64,000 nucleotides of DNA from Glaucostegus cemiculus. Lineage: Eukaryota. Both the position numbers and the translations under genes were made by a program. Below the pieces are notes generated by a model that worked only from the letters and a program-made list of their open reading frames with translations, searched no databases and was not told the DNA's origin. The DNA lies in assembly GCA_976551045.1 (NCBI GenBank), contig CDPCPM010000102.1, positions 806,001-870,000 of the forward strand, written 5' to 3'. Positions within the stretch are counted from its first letter, which is position 1; each line of letters starts with the position of its first letter. Below, one piece after another: positions 12,520 through 26,188 of this stretch.

Positions 12520-13330
12520 CTGAGGTTTGCTGAAAGTAGAACTTCCAGAGCTTGTGTACTGGTATCTGAATTTATAGCTGCAAAACACATTGGTGAGGGG
12601 CAAGAGCTGGAGTTCTAATGAGGGTTGAGTTCATGGGATTAGAATTAACTAAATGTGTATTTTTAAAGTGTACTTTCAGTAGAAGCTACTGAACACGAGG
12701 TTGATGGCCAAATGTAGTTTGTGGTATAAAACATGATCAGTAATATGAATGGGAGAAGGATGTCAGGGAAGCACTAGAAAAGTAGAGAATGGTGAGAATG
12801 TAGGAAACAGATGAGCAGAGCTGGCACCAAACCCGCTGGATGGAAATAAGTGCTTTTTGAGATGGAGTGTAGACTGGTGAACTGGAAAATGATGGAAGCT
12901 GAACTTAGCTTGCACATAATTGGTCATTAGATCATGGCCTGGTTTAACTTGAATGGCCAGGGAGCAAGTCATGGAATTGGGCTAGGGAGCAGAGCTCTTA
13001 TTTGAGGAACAAAACTGGCTTCACTTATTGGTGTTTTAAAAGGAGTTTGACTGTTCATCCAGTGCTGATTTTTCTGATGGATAATCATCTGACAACCAGC
13101 AGATGGAAAGGTGATGAAGTAGAACTGGATCAATGTCATCACCAATGCAAGTTGAAACCAGTTTATTAAAGGACAATAAGCAAAACACAGAAGTGAACAT
13201 TTTTCTTTCAACCATCTGGAATGTGTGCCTTCCAGCTGTGAGCATTGCATCAGGTTTTGCTCTAACTTCAAGTTACATCATGGGGTATTGCTCAAAGATT
13301 CAGCAGCTTTTGCTGAATGTGCTTTAACGT
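12520..13330 (-). mobile_element. Ancient L2-like LINE remnant
   Basis: Antisense of about 13117-13160 resembles the L2 RT YADDTQLY motif (GGTGATGACATTGATCCAGTTCTAC); otherwise highly decayed. Confidence 0.4.
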
Positions 13331-13689
13331 GGTCTGATTATTCCACAACCCTTCACAGCAATATGATACCAAGCCACTTAAGCAGAGATCCTAGTAGATG
13401 ACTAGGAGTTTGGTTGGAGGTAATTTCTAAGAAACCTCAACTTTCACTCTGAGGGGGAAATCCAATTTTCTGGGATATTGATGGCTGAATCCATGGTGCC
13501 AACAGCTTACCAATGAAGCAAAATGGTAACCACAAAGCTAGAATTAGAAAAGTGCTGATATTACTGTTTTACTTTCACCTGACCTGGTTGTTGAAATATG
13601 AACAGTGTGGCAAGGGATTTGGGGCTATCAAAAGGACATTGAAATGAAAAGGAAGCTTTGAAAGACCAAATTTACTGTCAAATTTGGTA

Positions 13690-13995
13690 AGGAGGAGAGA
13701 GAAAGATTGGTTTAAGAGGTGGAAGGAAGTTATAAAATCTCCACACCATTGATCTGAATGGAATGAGACTTGTAATAGTTGTCACAACCAGATGATGAGT
13801 TAAATATGCCAGTCTCTAACCAAGAGGGCTGTGGAGGCTTGGTTGCTGAGTGCAGTATATTTAAGGCAGGACACAACTTTGGTCATTGAAGGTCATGGTG
13901 TTAGCACAGGAAGATGGGTGCTGAGGTGAAAAGTTAGCCATCACTGTGTTGAGTGACAGTGTTGATGCAACAGGCTGTATGGCCCACTTTTTTTG
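13690..13995 (+). mobile_element. Old CR1 3' fragment
   Basis: CCAAGAGGGCTGTGGAGGCT...TATATTTAAGGCAG and tail GGCTGTATGGCCCACT. Confidence 0.5.
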
Positions 13996-15889
13996 TTTAT
14001 GCTGTTATTAAAAGTGTACTTGTTCTTGTAATGACTGATTTTATTTCTGTGCTAAATTGTAAAGAAGACATGCAACCTCTTCTAAGAAAACAGCAGTTGA
14101 AGATGGGTGGTGCTTTCTGTCTTGTTGAAGAAGTGGTATAACTGGCAGAATTGTTTGGGCATTTAACTGTACATCTGGCTGATGTTGTGCAAACTAATGA
14201 AATTGCCTTTATTAAACTTTTGTGCTGTAAATCCTGCCCCTCTGCACGCAGTGTGATCAATTAAATACAGAGTAATTGAATATTCAGCCTTGAACCAAAT
14301 CCATGACTACTCCCTTTTATCTGAACATGATTGCTCTCCTTCTGAGCACTTTTTAAAAACATAAACAGGAATTTTAATATTTTGGCATTCTTTTTGTTTT
14401 GATTTTTACTGATAAAATGGAAGTCCTATGGTTTGGAATATCTATTCCACCCAGACCTCTTGATATGCACTTTAAGCACTAAGGTTTTCTGTAGTTTACA
14501 ATTTATTGAAAATATTGATCTTAGTTGCTGGCATATTTTCTGCCTGTTTGTATTCCCAGCACAGAAGTATTTTCATTTGTGTATCACTTCTGCTTTTGGA
14601 AATGGTTATATATAGATTGTGTGCTCTACAGTTCAGTGACATTGCTTTGACATACTTTCACTCTTTCTGGGAAATTTCAGAATGAGGGGAACAGAATTAA
14701 TGTGGTTAAGGAGCATTTTAGAAATTTACAGTCATTTATACACTAATGCAATCTGTGCCTTTAACAATGTACTTAAGCATCTTGATGGCTTGGAATGCAC
14801 CCCATTTTTGTAAAGCATACTTGGGTTGGATTTTCACATAACTTCAAACCCCACCCCACCCCAAAAAGAATTGTCAATCAAATTCTGAAAATGGATCAAA
14901 AATGTTTTTCTGGGACTGTGAACCCATCTCCTCTATCCACACTCTTCCATACAAGTAAGAATAATTCCCTTCCTCTTACATTAAATTGTACAAATGCAAT
15001 ATTGACCACTTGTACCTTTTTTTTCCCCCTTCAAAACAGCTAATGGATCATTAGATATAGCTGCAGTTTAATTTGGAACACTTGAGCTGTTTAGTCATCT
15101 TTTAAAAATGTAATTGGGTTGGGGTTATGTGCCTGTAGCACTTTTGAAAAATGCTTTCCCATTTATTGGTGGTGCCTGTCTCTCTTCTGGTTATTTTTTC
15201 TGACCTAATCTGTTTAACTCTATCTTTCTCTCATCGTTATTGGATGGAATTGTTTTCTCTTGCTAATTGTCCTTTCTGATCACTACTGGAAAGGAATGGT
15301 TGGATTGTTATCTTTTAACTAATGACTTATTTTTGACCTCCAAGATCGGCAAAAGCCAGGAAGTTGTCCATATGAAGTCAGAACCACAACCCAGCTTAGA
15401 GTGCATCTGAAATTCAAAACAAGTCTTCTGAATTGTGAACCCATTACAAATGCTTGATTTTAAAACTATTTGAGCAAACTTTTAGGTTTCAAAATTTGTT
15501 ATAGATTAAAGTTGCCAAAGGAATGGAGGAGAAAAAAAATCAAAGTATTGGCTTTGGGTGCACTTTTATTCCAAACTATTTCCATTAGGGTTTTCTCAGG
15601 TGAATGTTTTGGTATTGTTTTAATTTTTGAAAATGCTGCTTCAATGTTTTTTTTCCCTTCCCACCAGCCCCCCCCTCCAAAAAAAAAAAGTCTAACCCAT
15701 TGCACTTCCAGCACGTGAGGCAATACAGCAGACAAGTAGAATATCAATTCTGGCAAGCTCAAAGTGTAGACTTAATCTGATAGTTATCAAAAATGCTGGA
15801 CTTTGTTTCTGGATGAAATAACAATAATTTAAAAAGCATGCTGATTCAGTCTAATCTGTATCATGTAAAACATGTTTGAAATCTGAGGA

Positions 15890-16270
15890 TGATTCTGGCA
15901 TGTTAAATGAAGGGGAAACGGTGGATGTAGTAAATCCCTAATTTTCAAAAATCATTTGATAAGCTTTCAGATGGCTGTTGAATAAAACAAGATGCACAGA
16001 GGGTGAGGGGTAACAAAGGTGGATGGGGAATTGGCTAAAAACAGAATAAATAGGTAGCAAATCTACCAATTCAAAGAATTATGGCTGTTAGCTTTATGCA
16101 ATTTGCACTCTTAGATTTTCATTTTGGGTTTGCTAATGATACAAAAATAAGTACAAAGAGTAAATAGAGGAGCACTGCATCTGTAAAAGTCCAGGAGTTA
16201 AGCATATGGGTAAGAATGTGATAGGAGGCCAGTATAAAGTTGTGCATTTATGCAGGATGAATAGAAATTG
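15890..16270 (+). mobile_element. Old CR1 RT fragment
   Basis: GTGGATGTAGTA...TTTTCAAAAATCATTTGATAAG (VDV..FQKSFDK) and TTTGCTAATGATACAAAA (FANDTK). Confidence 0.55.
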
Positions 16271-19200
16271 TTGGAGAATAGCAAGTCATAGTTGTGGGGG
16301 GGAAAGAGGGGAGAAATTTGTCACAAACAGATAACAACCACTTAATACAAACAAGATCCAGGCCCCAACCAACCTCCAAAGTAACTTGCAAGCAGTAATT
16401 GGTTTTGAAGTTGCAAGGACAGCTCCCCAAATGCTGCTGTTGGTGAAGGAAATGGGCTTCCAGTTAGCAGTGGGTGGCCATTTGAGAGACACTTTGCAAA
16501 CTGACATGACTGCAAGACATTTTTGTGTACATTCATCAAATGTACAATCAAAAGTGCTATGTTAATAGGATTACATCAACACCTTATCCATGAACACAGA
16601 AGGAATTGTGACACCCATTGATAGTGAGAAACAATAGATGAAGTTTTAGATGTGAAACATCTTCATGCTGAAGCATTTGCACTGTTCTAACATGGTTAAA
16701 GTGTGCCCTGTTTCTCCAACACCAGAATGAGGCCAGGCAAGTTCCAGACTGGTACTTTTTTGCCACATGGCACATCAAGCATGGACACAGTCATATTTCT
16801 TCTGTCAGTCACCCCTTGAAATGGTTGTATGGGCTAAGAGCCACATTTCACAATAAAAGGGGATCTGGTTTTTGTCCTCAGTTTTTAAAGTATTGTTGTG
16901 AGCTAACTTGTTCCAACCAAGATATAGTAATCATTCAAATTATATTTAATCATCTATTATTACCTTTTTGTTCCTAGACAATGTAAAAAGCACAATGGTA
17001 TTTTGAGCTTGGGAAGGTTCTTCAATTTGGTCTTCCCTGCATGTTTGCCTGTGCTAGATAAAGACCTGTTACATCTACAGCTCTGGAGGCCATGCTTGGT
17101 GCTGGGTCTGTCTTCAAACACCCATTTCTTTAGTTGGCCAGAGGCCATGCTTAATGCTCTTGATTTCTGTCTGCTTTATTGAGATGGCTCCTGAGGTATG
17201 GCAAGTAATCCATGTTTTCTGGGGTATCACTGGATCTCATTTGTGGTTTGGGAGAGCCTTGATGTTTGGTGTAAATCCCATCCTTGCATACATGTCAGTA
17301 AAGGAGCCAGTGATTAACTTGGAGCTTAGACTTCCAATGACTGAGGTTGGGATGATCTTGGTTCTGGAGTGGAGATAAAAGAATGCACAGCAGAAGCAAG
17401 AAACCAATAATTCCAATCCAAAAGGAAGCTTGTTGGAGGTGAAGTGTACTAGAGAGCAAGGGGGAGGTTGCAAAGACAGTTGAGTGATGATGCATCTTGT
17501 TTGACCCCAGTCTATACTGTGATTGGGTCTGATGGGTTGCATGTCAGTGTAGCAGACATAAAACAATAATGAATTTGAGGTGACTTCTGTGTAATTCATC
17601 TCAGTTAAAGATTTCTGTGAAGTTGAAAAAACTTTGTCCAGTTCTTTGAGCAACAACTCAAAGAATATAATGTACATTGTACTATTTTTTTTTGAGGTTG
17701 TCTGTTCGGGGGGAGGGTGGTGGAGGGATCCACACTGAATCAGAGCTCTTCCTCCTCTGGGAACAGGACCCTTGCAATGACTTTTGCTCTGCTAGATAGC
17801 ATGAGAACATCTGTAATTATTACAATCAGACTTGTGACCACCTTCATGAAAGGAAACCATTATGGCATGGCTGAGATTCTCTGTGCTTTCCACATCTTGG
17901 ATGAGGTCATGAATTTTTATCAGAAATGATTCTCCATCTTTTTAATTCTTCCAAGGATTTTCTCTTATTCAAGGACTTTGTTTTCAGCTCTTACATAAGA
18001 TAGCAACAAAGTTCTGGAGAGAGAGCATACTGAAAGGGCAGTTGAAGACACTTGGCTCAACCACAACATGCACTGATCAGTCAGACCATGCAATGCAGAG
18101 TATGATGTGAAATGCTTTACTGATATTTGTATAGTTTGATAACATGGAGACTGTTGATTTGCCCTTCTGGGTTCTTTAATTGCCTTCAACTCCACTTCTT
18201 TGCATTAGAATTCAAGTGCCCAATTACTTCTCCAGGGGAGCATCTAACCACCAACAAAAATGGCTGGGAAATTCCACGTGGATAATTGAGCATTGAAGTG
18301 GGGGGGGAAAATATAAGTGTTGCAGCTGACGTAATGTACTTGAATCCACTTTGGTATCTGATCCTTCAGACAGTTTATACTTCAGTGTGAAGTATGAAAC
18401 AAATTGTTGGCAAAGGCTTAACAATGCAGCAAGTAACTTAATCTTTATAAAGAAGAGAAGGGCTCTTTTTAATTCAGCAACACTTTTTCCTGCAATTTCA
18501 ACAGACTGGAATTTGAAATATTGTTCTCATTGTAAGATCCTGTAACAAAAGACAGTGGATATATCAGTTGTACAGTATCTGTTTGTTTGCATAGCCCTTT
18601 GTCAGCTCTGAATAATGTATCAGAGTGGCATGCTGGTATTTCACTATTCAGTATTTTTCATGGGTAGTAAATCATAATGACTCCTAGTCAGTGATTGTAA
18701 AGCAGAATGTCCCAAACTTGAGCTGTAGTTTGGATTTTGTTTTTTTCCTTAAGAGTAGGCAGACTCCGGTCATCTGTTTTGGCATTGTACAGCCCATTAA
18801 GGATAAACTAAATATTTTGTTCATTTTAGTTTTATTGTTTCTTTTTTCCTTGAGGTCTAGAAATTACTAAATGCTTAATCTTTCCAAACAGAAGAGCAAA
18901 CTTGAAAGATTATTGCTGATCATTTTTATTCCAGCTTTATTTTGCTCCTTCCTGGCATGAGGCAGGGGTTATGATTAAATCATAGTGGGTTTCAGCCATT
19001 TCAAACTTGCCTTTTGACACTTGGCAGTTCACACATGGAAGAACAAGATTTGCTGACTGTGGTTTGCCCATGTGTTCTGTCAATGGGATCCCATGGATCC
19101 AGTAGCAGGACTATGTCCTGTTAGAATTCTGGGAATTATCATGCTAGTCAGATGTAAGGCTTGGTGTAGAAACTTGAGACCCCACTGATTTTCTTTAGGG

Positions 19201-19621
19201 GTTTTCTATCTGCAGAAAAGGGGGCAAAACGCAGGTAAGATTATTTGCTTTAATGTTTGTGTGTTCTTAATCTTTTCCATACTTGAATGACTCTGGCATT
19301 TTGAGGCATTCTGAAGTTTTTGGATGCCTTGCAGCTTTTGGGGATGAAGCTCCAGCCTCCACTTGCCTTCTGTAAGAGGATGGCCATCAACCCCTGAGAC
19401 CTACTTGCCATTTGGTTCTCACTGACCAACCCTGCCCCCTGTATCCAGTACAGTCACACAGGTGGTGATCCAGGGCAGTGAGCCTCCTCTAGCATGATGT
19501 TGGCCTGATAGTTCCAATTGTGTCCAAAAATCTATTAATCTATCTCAAATACCCAACCACCCAGCATCCACAGAATTCAACAGACTTGCAATCCTTTTGA
19601 GCAAAAGACATTTTGAAGTAA

Positions 19622-19752
19622 AAATCCAGATGTAGGGTCTCTATACAAATATTGCCCATCCCTTTGCCTCTACAGATGCTGCTTGACCAAGTGAATTCTT
19701 CCAGCAGTTTCTTTTGCTCTAGGTTCCTGCATCTGTTGTCCCTTGTCTCCGT
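19622..19752 (+). mobile_element. Penelope-type tail remnant
   Basis: CCAGATGTAGGGTCTC...CAGATGCTGCTTGACC...TTCTTCCAGCAG. Confidence 0.6.
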
Positions 19753-19869
19753 TTTGAAACTCTCATAAGATGAGAAAATAAAAACTATTTGCTCCCATCA
19801 GTGTCTGTTGCAAAACAGTAATGTAAATGGTCATGACAGTCATGTGAGCCTCCCCTCCTTGGACTCTAA

Positions 19870-20286
19870 TGTTGGCTGCTGCACCAAGACAAAGAGGTAA
19901 ATACAAAGACCCCACCCACCTGAGACATTCCCTCTTCTCTTCTCTTCCATCAGGTAGAAGATACAGGAGCCTGAGGGCATGTACCACTAGACTTAAGGAT
20001 AGCTTCTGCCCAACTGTGATAAGACTATTGAACCGTTCCCTTGTACAATGAGATGGACTATGACCTCACGATCTACCTTGTTGTGACCTTGCACTTTATT
20101 GCACTGCACTTCCTCTGTAGCTGTGACACTTTGCACTGTTATTGTTTTTACCTGTACTACATCAATGCACTCCGTACCAACTCAATGTAACTGCACTGTG
20201 TAATGAATTAACCTGTACGATCGGTTTGTAAGACAAGCTTTTCACTGAACCTCAGTACAAGTGACAATAATAAACCAATACCAATA
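19870..20286 (+). mobile_element. Rex1/Babar LINE 3' end, ACCAAT-tail family
   Basis: KDPTHLRHSLFSSLPSGRRYRSLRACTTRLKDSF..VIRLLN C-terminus; ends AATAATAAACCAATACCAATA. Confidence 0.88.
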
Positions 20287-21020
20287 AGTAGTTCTTTGCA
20301 AAGGCATGGATGTTTTTTTTGTGTGACATTCTCTTCAGATGGAATAAAAAAAAATGTGAACTATATTGCTTTGGCAGCAGTTTTTGCTGATTTGAATTTG
20401 GCTATTGGAGTTGGTATTTTCTATAATCAAGTTCAAAATTGCATATAGAAAAATAGACCTGGTATTGGCAAGTTAGCACATTCCCTAATTCCAGACATGA
20501 AAAGTATGCCATTTCATTGCAGACAGTATATAAAATGACCTGTACAAGAAATAAGAATGGGCCTCAAATATTAAAAATTGAAGTGATTGGGGGCGGGTTG
20601 GGGGGTTGGAATATCTAGAAACCCTAACTTGTCAGAGGAGAATAGATAATTGTCATTCTGGGTTTATGCCCTTCTACATGAAATGTAGGAACTCCCTACC
20701 CCTGCCCCCCTCCTCCCCTGTTTACAATTACAAATGGCCACTCCTCCTCTGTTACAATTTGATGCTGCCTTTGCCATTGACTTTGGCATTCCATAAGCTT
20801 TTCTCACGAGGAACCAATATTGTAATCCATCTATAATTCTTGTGTTGCTCTCATTTCTTTGCAGCTGTTTAAGTTTCTAAAACAGTTGTCTATATGTACA
20901 TTTTACTCTATTAGTTACTTTTGCAAACAAAGGATTGGTGTGAACCTATATTAACAGTGCAGCATGTAGTGTAGAGAAATTTCATAGTTAGTGATTTTTT
21001 TTGTCAGAGCCCTGAAGATT

Positions 21021-21949
21021 CCTGGATGAGGAAGTGGAGGGGTGGGTTAGTAAGTTTGCTGATGACACAAAGGTTGGGGGAGTTGTGGATAGTTTGGAGG
21101 GCTGTCAGAGGCTACAGAGGGACATAGATAGGATGCAGAGTTGGGCTGAGAAATGGCAGATGCAGTTCAACCCAGATAAATGTGAGGTGGTTCATTTTGG
21201 TAGGTCGAACAGGTTGGCGGAATATAGAATTAATGGTAAAGACTCTTGGCAGTGTGGAGGATCAAAGGGATCTTGGGGTCCGAGTCCATAGGACGCTCAG
21301 GGCGGCTGCGCAGGTTGACTCTGGTTAGGAAGGCGTATGGTGTATTGTCCTTCATCGGTCGAGGGATTGAATTTAGGAGTAGGGAGGTAATGCTTCAGTT
21401 GTATAGGTCCCTGGTCAGACCCCACCTGGAGTATTGTGTTCAGTTCTGGTCGCCTCACTACAGGAAGGATGTGGAAGCTATGGAGAGGGTACAGAGGAGG
21501 TTTACGAGGATGCTGCCTGGAATGGGGAGCATGCCTTATGAGAGCAGGCTGCAGGAGCTTGGCCTTTTCTCCTTGGAGAGGAGGAGGATGAGGGGGGACC
21601 TGATTGAGGTGTATAAGATGATGAGAGGTATGGATAGGGTAGATAGAGGCTTTTCCCCAGGGCTGAAATGGTGGCCACAAGAGGACATGGGTTTAAGGTT
21701 CTGGGGGGAAGATATAGGGGAGATGTTAGGGGTAAGTTTTTTACTGAGAGTGGTGAGTGTGTGGAATGGGCTGCCGGAGATGGTGGTGGAGGCTTTCAAG
21801 ACGTTAGGGTCTTTCAAGAGACTGTTGGATAGGTACATGGAGGTAAATAAGATAGAAGGCTGTGGGTAAGCCTAATAGTGTGGGGACATATTCGGCACAG
21901 CTTTGTGGGCTGAAGGGCCTGAATTGTGTGGTAGGTATCTATGTTCTAT
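21021..21949 (+). mobile_element. CR1 LINE, young, 5'-truncated
   Basis: SKFADDTKVGG, WQMQFNPDKC, LYRSLVRPHLEYCVQFWSPHYRKD, LERRRMRGDLIEVYK; tail TCTATGTTCTAT. Confidence 0.95.
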
Positions 21950-22164
21950 TATGGGTTCAAATCTAAAATCACAGGACTGAGCAAATAGTTTTCCAATATT
22001 GATCCCAAATGAAAGTTTCATCAATTTTAGTTGGTTACACAAGTTTAATTTAAGAGTTTTCTGACCGTATTTGAGCTACTTTTTCTGCAGTAGCTGTTTT
22101 GGTGAGAGCATGATCTATTGCAGTTAATTGCATTTCAAAATTACTTGTTTGGTTGCAAAGCTTT

Positions 22165-22375
22165 TGTCTTATCTATCACCTTCACCTACTCTGCAACTTT
22201 AAAATTAATGTCTTTTCCTTCCACCCCCCCACCCGCCACTCCCCAATACCAGTTCTAATGAAAGGTCTTCAACCTGAAATATTAACTCTGCACTTCCATT
22301 CCCACAGGTGCTGCCTGACCTGCCGAACAGTTCCAGCATTTCCTTTTTAATATATATTTTGGATTTGCAATATTT
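22165..22375 (+). mobile_element. Penelope-type tail remnant
   Basis: AGTTCTAATGAAAGGTCTTCAACCTGAAATATTAAC...GCTGCCTGACCTG. Confidence 0.7.
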
Positions 22376-22446
22376 ATTTCATTCTCATTTTCAACAAGTA
22401 TCTGGATATTTAGTCCATAACAGACCAACTTTCCAAGGCTATTAAT

Positions 22447-23797
22447 TTATTGGTATTGGTTCAGTATTGTCACTTGTACAGTGGAAAAACTTGTCTTGCG
22501 TACTGATTGTACAGGTGCATCGTACATGGTGCAGTTACATTAGGTTATTACAGAGTGCATTGATGTAGCACAGGTAGTACAGAGTAAAGTGTTGGTGCTG
22601 TTCACTCCCAGGAACTTGAAGCTCTCAACCCTCTTAACCTTGGCACCATCGATGTAGACAGGTACATGTACACTGCCCTCTTTCCTGAAGCCAATGAGCA
22701 GCTCTTTTGGTGACATTGCGGGAAAGGTTGTTGTCAAGACACCATTCTATTAAGCTCTCTATTTCCTTCCTGTACTCTGACTCATTGCTGTTTGAGATGC
22801 AGCCTACAATGGTGGTATCATCTGCAAACTTGTAGATGGAGTTAGAGCAGAATCTGGCTACACAGTCATGAGTGTATAGGGAGTAGAGTAGAGGGCTGAG
22901 GATGCAGCCTTGTGGAGAACCAGTGAGAATAATTGTGCCAGAGGTATTGCTGCCTATCCTCATTGTGGTCTGTTGGTTAGAAAGTCAAGGATCCAGTTAC
23001 AGAGGGTGGTGTTGAGTTCGAGGTCTCGGTGTTTGATGACAAGTTTGCTTGCGATTAATGTTTTGAAGGCAAAGCTGTAGTCAATAAACAATAGTCGAAT
23101 GTAGCTGTCTTTACTGTCCCGATGCTCCAGAGCAGAGTGTAGGGCCAGGGAAATGGTGTTTTCTGCAGACCTGTTTTGCTGATAGGCGAATTGGAATGGG
23201 TCCAGGTTGTCTGGAGGTTGGAGTTGATGCATGCTATGACTGACCTCTCAAAGCACTTCATGATGGATGTCAGAGCCACAGGTCCATAGTCATTGAGGCA
23301 CGTTACCTCGCTTTTCTTTGTTACTGGAATGATGGTGGTCTTAAAGCAGGTGGGAGCCTGAGATTGAAGCAGGGAGAGGTTAAGTGTGTCTGAAAATACT
23401 TCTGTCAGCTGATCAGCACAAGGTCTGAGCACACCGCCAGGGACACCACCTGGGCCAGGTGCTTTCCTCATGCTCACTCTCCGAAAGACTGATCTTGCAT
23501 TATCACTGGTGACCGTGGGTTCGGTTGCATTGGAGGCTGTCTGGGTGGACAGTGACAAACCACTTCTCTTCTGTTCAAAACGTGCATAGAATATGTTAAG
23601 CTCATCAGGAAGGGATGTGCTGTTGTTAACTATGCAGCCCGTCTTCGTCTTGAATCCTGTTATGGCGCATAAGCCCTGCCGTAAGTGATGGCTGGTCTGA
23701 GACTCTATTTTGAGTTGGTATTGCTTCTTGGTATCCCTGATAGCTTTGTGAAGGTCATACCTCAATTTCTTGCACAGATCAGGATCACCAGATTTGT
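22447..23797 (-). mobile_element. Rex1/Babar LINE RT fragment with internal deletion
   Basis: ORFs 23055-23765, 22960-23232 and 22634-22963: PVALTSIMKCFE, LDPFQFAYQ, LFIDYSFAF, GSPQGCILSPLLYSLYT, KFADDTT; ACCAAT tail near 22450. Confidence 0.92.
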
Positions 23798-25183
23798 ATC
23801 AGTTAAAGAATTTACTACCATTTTAAATAATTGCATCAAATAGTTATTATCACTGATTTTTTTTCCCCATTTAGGTTTTATAACCATTGGTGCTAATGAG
23901 CTCTTGCAGTTTCTGAGCCATTAGGGAGCTGTCAGCTGTTCATGGTCAAGTTTTTTTTCTCAAAGTGTAAATATTGGAATAAAATGTGGCAAGTGGCTTT
24001 GCTTTTTAGTTAATTCACTTCTTTTTCTCTCCAAAACCAATAGGAAACCTTTCACTTAGTAGTTTGTGAATATTTTAACTGAGGGCAAGTGGGTGAACGT
24101 CTTTCACTGGGTTTTCCAAAACAGCATGATGATGTGCTATTATTCGTGGGTTTGATGTATTCCTTTACCCACTTCCTTTGCAAGCTAATTTCTACTAATT
24201 TGCTGTCTTGCTGCTCTCCCACTTTTTCAAAGTTGTATTTCTCATCCTGAAAACCTGTCTTCCATACTGACCTCTATTTTATCATTGAAGCTAAAATACC
24301 ATGAACATTGCTCCCATACAAGATCGTGCCATTCTTCACCTGGATGGTGAACTCTCATGCTTTTTATCATAATTGCTGCTGTTTTATTCTTCTGATTTAT
24401 TGCAGTTTGTGGATACTTCCAATATACCTTAAACTTTGCTATGCAAGTCCCACCCACCTTGTCATTGTCTGTTGTCACTGCAGTGTCAACAACTTGGTAG
24501 AAGTTGGATCTCCTAGTAGGGAAAGTTGTGTACTTTCTTAAATCCACCTCAATTAGTGGCATTAAATAATGAAAACTTACTGGTGTATAAATTGTTGGTT
24601 ATAGTTTCAAGAGCTTAGAACAGAATTGATATCTGAGATGCACATTAAACCGTAATTTCATTTTATTTCATCTGCTTATTTTTGGCATCAATAATTTGAA
24701 GAACAAAGGCCCTTTCAATGGGTTGTGGCAAGATTTTGGAATTTCCATGTGATTCTTTTGTCTCTGCAGACTCGTGAGGAATTCTTGGACTTCACTGTTT
24801 ATATTTGGTGCTATCTTCATGAGAGAGTTTCTGCCAAATTCAAATAATTTGCTAACTGAATTTTCCTTTGCATAAGTTTATATACACATAGTCAATTTAC
24901 TTTGCTGCATTATTGTGGATAAAATATTGCAAAACATTAATTGGACACCAATACAGTAGAAATTGAAACTGAATCATGTAGCTACTATATTATTTCAGTG
25001 TACTTAATGGATAAGGATGAAGACCTTTTTAAAGCTAATTACCATTGAAGAATTTGAACATGTTTAGCCGTGATACTCCAGCTACTAAACTTGAACAAAA
25101 CTTTAGTCACAGTTTAACAAGTGTAGTGATTGTCAGATCAAAACAATGAATAATTTGAAAGTAATGGTTGAAATTTCATTTGA

Positions 25184-25525
25184 GACACAAAAGACTACAG
25201 GTGCTGAAATTTGACAAAGCTGATGGAGGTACTCAGCAGGTCACAAAGCATCTGTGGAGGGAAATGGACGGTCAACATTTTGGGTTGAGACCTTTCATCT
25301 GTACTGAGTCTAAGGAAGGTGCCCAGTATAAAGAGGGGAGTGGTGGGATAAGAGCTGGCAAGTGATAGGTGGATCCAGATGAGGAAGGGTTGATTGACAT
25401 ATGGAGTCAGGTAGGGGAGGGAAGGGTGGAGGTGGCAACAGAGGCTAGGAGGCGATTGGTAGAGATAACTGGCTACAGATTATGGAATTTGATAAGAAAG
25501 GAAGATGGAGAGTGGGACCAAATAA
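25184..25525 (-). mobile_element. Penelope-type tail
   Basis: Antisense CAGATGAAAGGTCTCAACCCAAAATGTTGAC...CAGATGCT...GACCTGCTGAGTACC. Confidence 0.75.
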
Positions 25526-25878
25526 GAGGGTATCTTGCTGTGTGTTCTTCATCTAGTGAAGAACGTGACATGATAATCTGGAATGGATAAGGAATCGACA
25601 TTTTATGAGAAACTGTATTGGTACTGAGTTATCAGGAAGTGCTCAGTGAGTCCACAGGAAGTGGAAGAACATACTGAAGTCTGATCAAGCTGTGAAACTT
25701 TAAAAAGATAATGGTGGACAGAATAAATCTTCAACTTTTTTAAACTGCAGCCCCAGTGCTGTCTTCCTATCAGATATTTGATGCCCACCATTTGTCTTCT
25801 ACTTGATATAACCACTTTCTTGACACATCTGCCTATATGCTGAAATTCTATTCCACCCCTTCCTGCATTTTGGATGGG

Positions 25879-26188
25879 AATTGGTTTATTATTGTCATAT
25901 ACACCGACACATAGTGGAAAAGCTTTGTTTTTTCTGTCATCCAGACAGATCATTCCATACAAAAGTACATTGAGGTAGTAAAAAGGGAAAAGCAATAACA
26001 GGGTGGAGAATATAGTGTTACAAATGTGGACACAGATACAGAGTGCGGTGCAGGTAGACAGATAAGGTGCAAGGGATAGGAGGTAGATTGAGAGATCAAG
26101 AGTTCATCTTTATCATACAAGAGTCTTGTAACAACAGGATAAAAGCTGTCCTTGAGCCTGGTGGTGTCTGTTTTCAAGCTTTTGTATT
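25879..26188 (-). mobile_element. Rex1/Babar 3' end
   Basis: TTRLKDSFYPVVTRLL remnant; tail GACAATAATAAACCAATT. Confidence 0.8.

Noticed and set aside
17484-17532. C/D box snoRNA (GTGATGA...CTGA)
   Set aside because: Only about 50 nt and no terminal stem
24126-24250. C/D box snoRNA (ATGATGA...CTGA)
   Set aside because: No terminal stem and no recognisable rRNA or snRNA antisense guide
24752-24850. Strong acceptor followed by TREEFLDFTVYIWCYLHERVSAKFK-stop
   Set aside because: No recognisable protein and no nearby donor; compatible with chance
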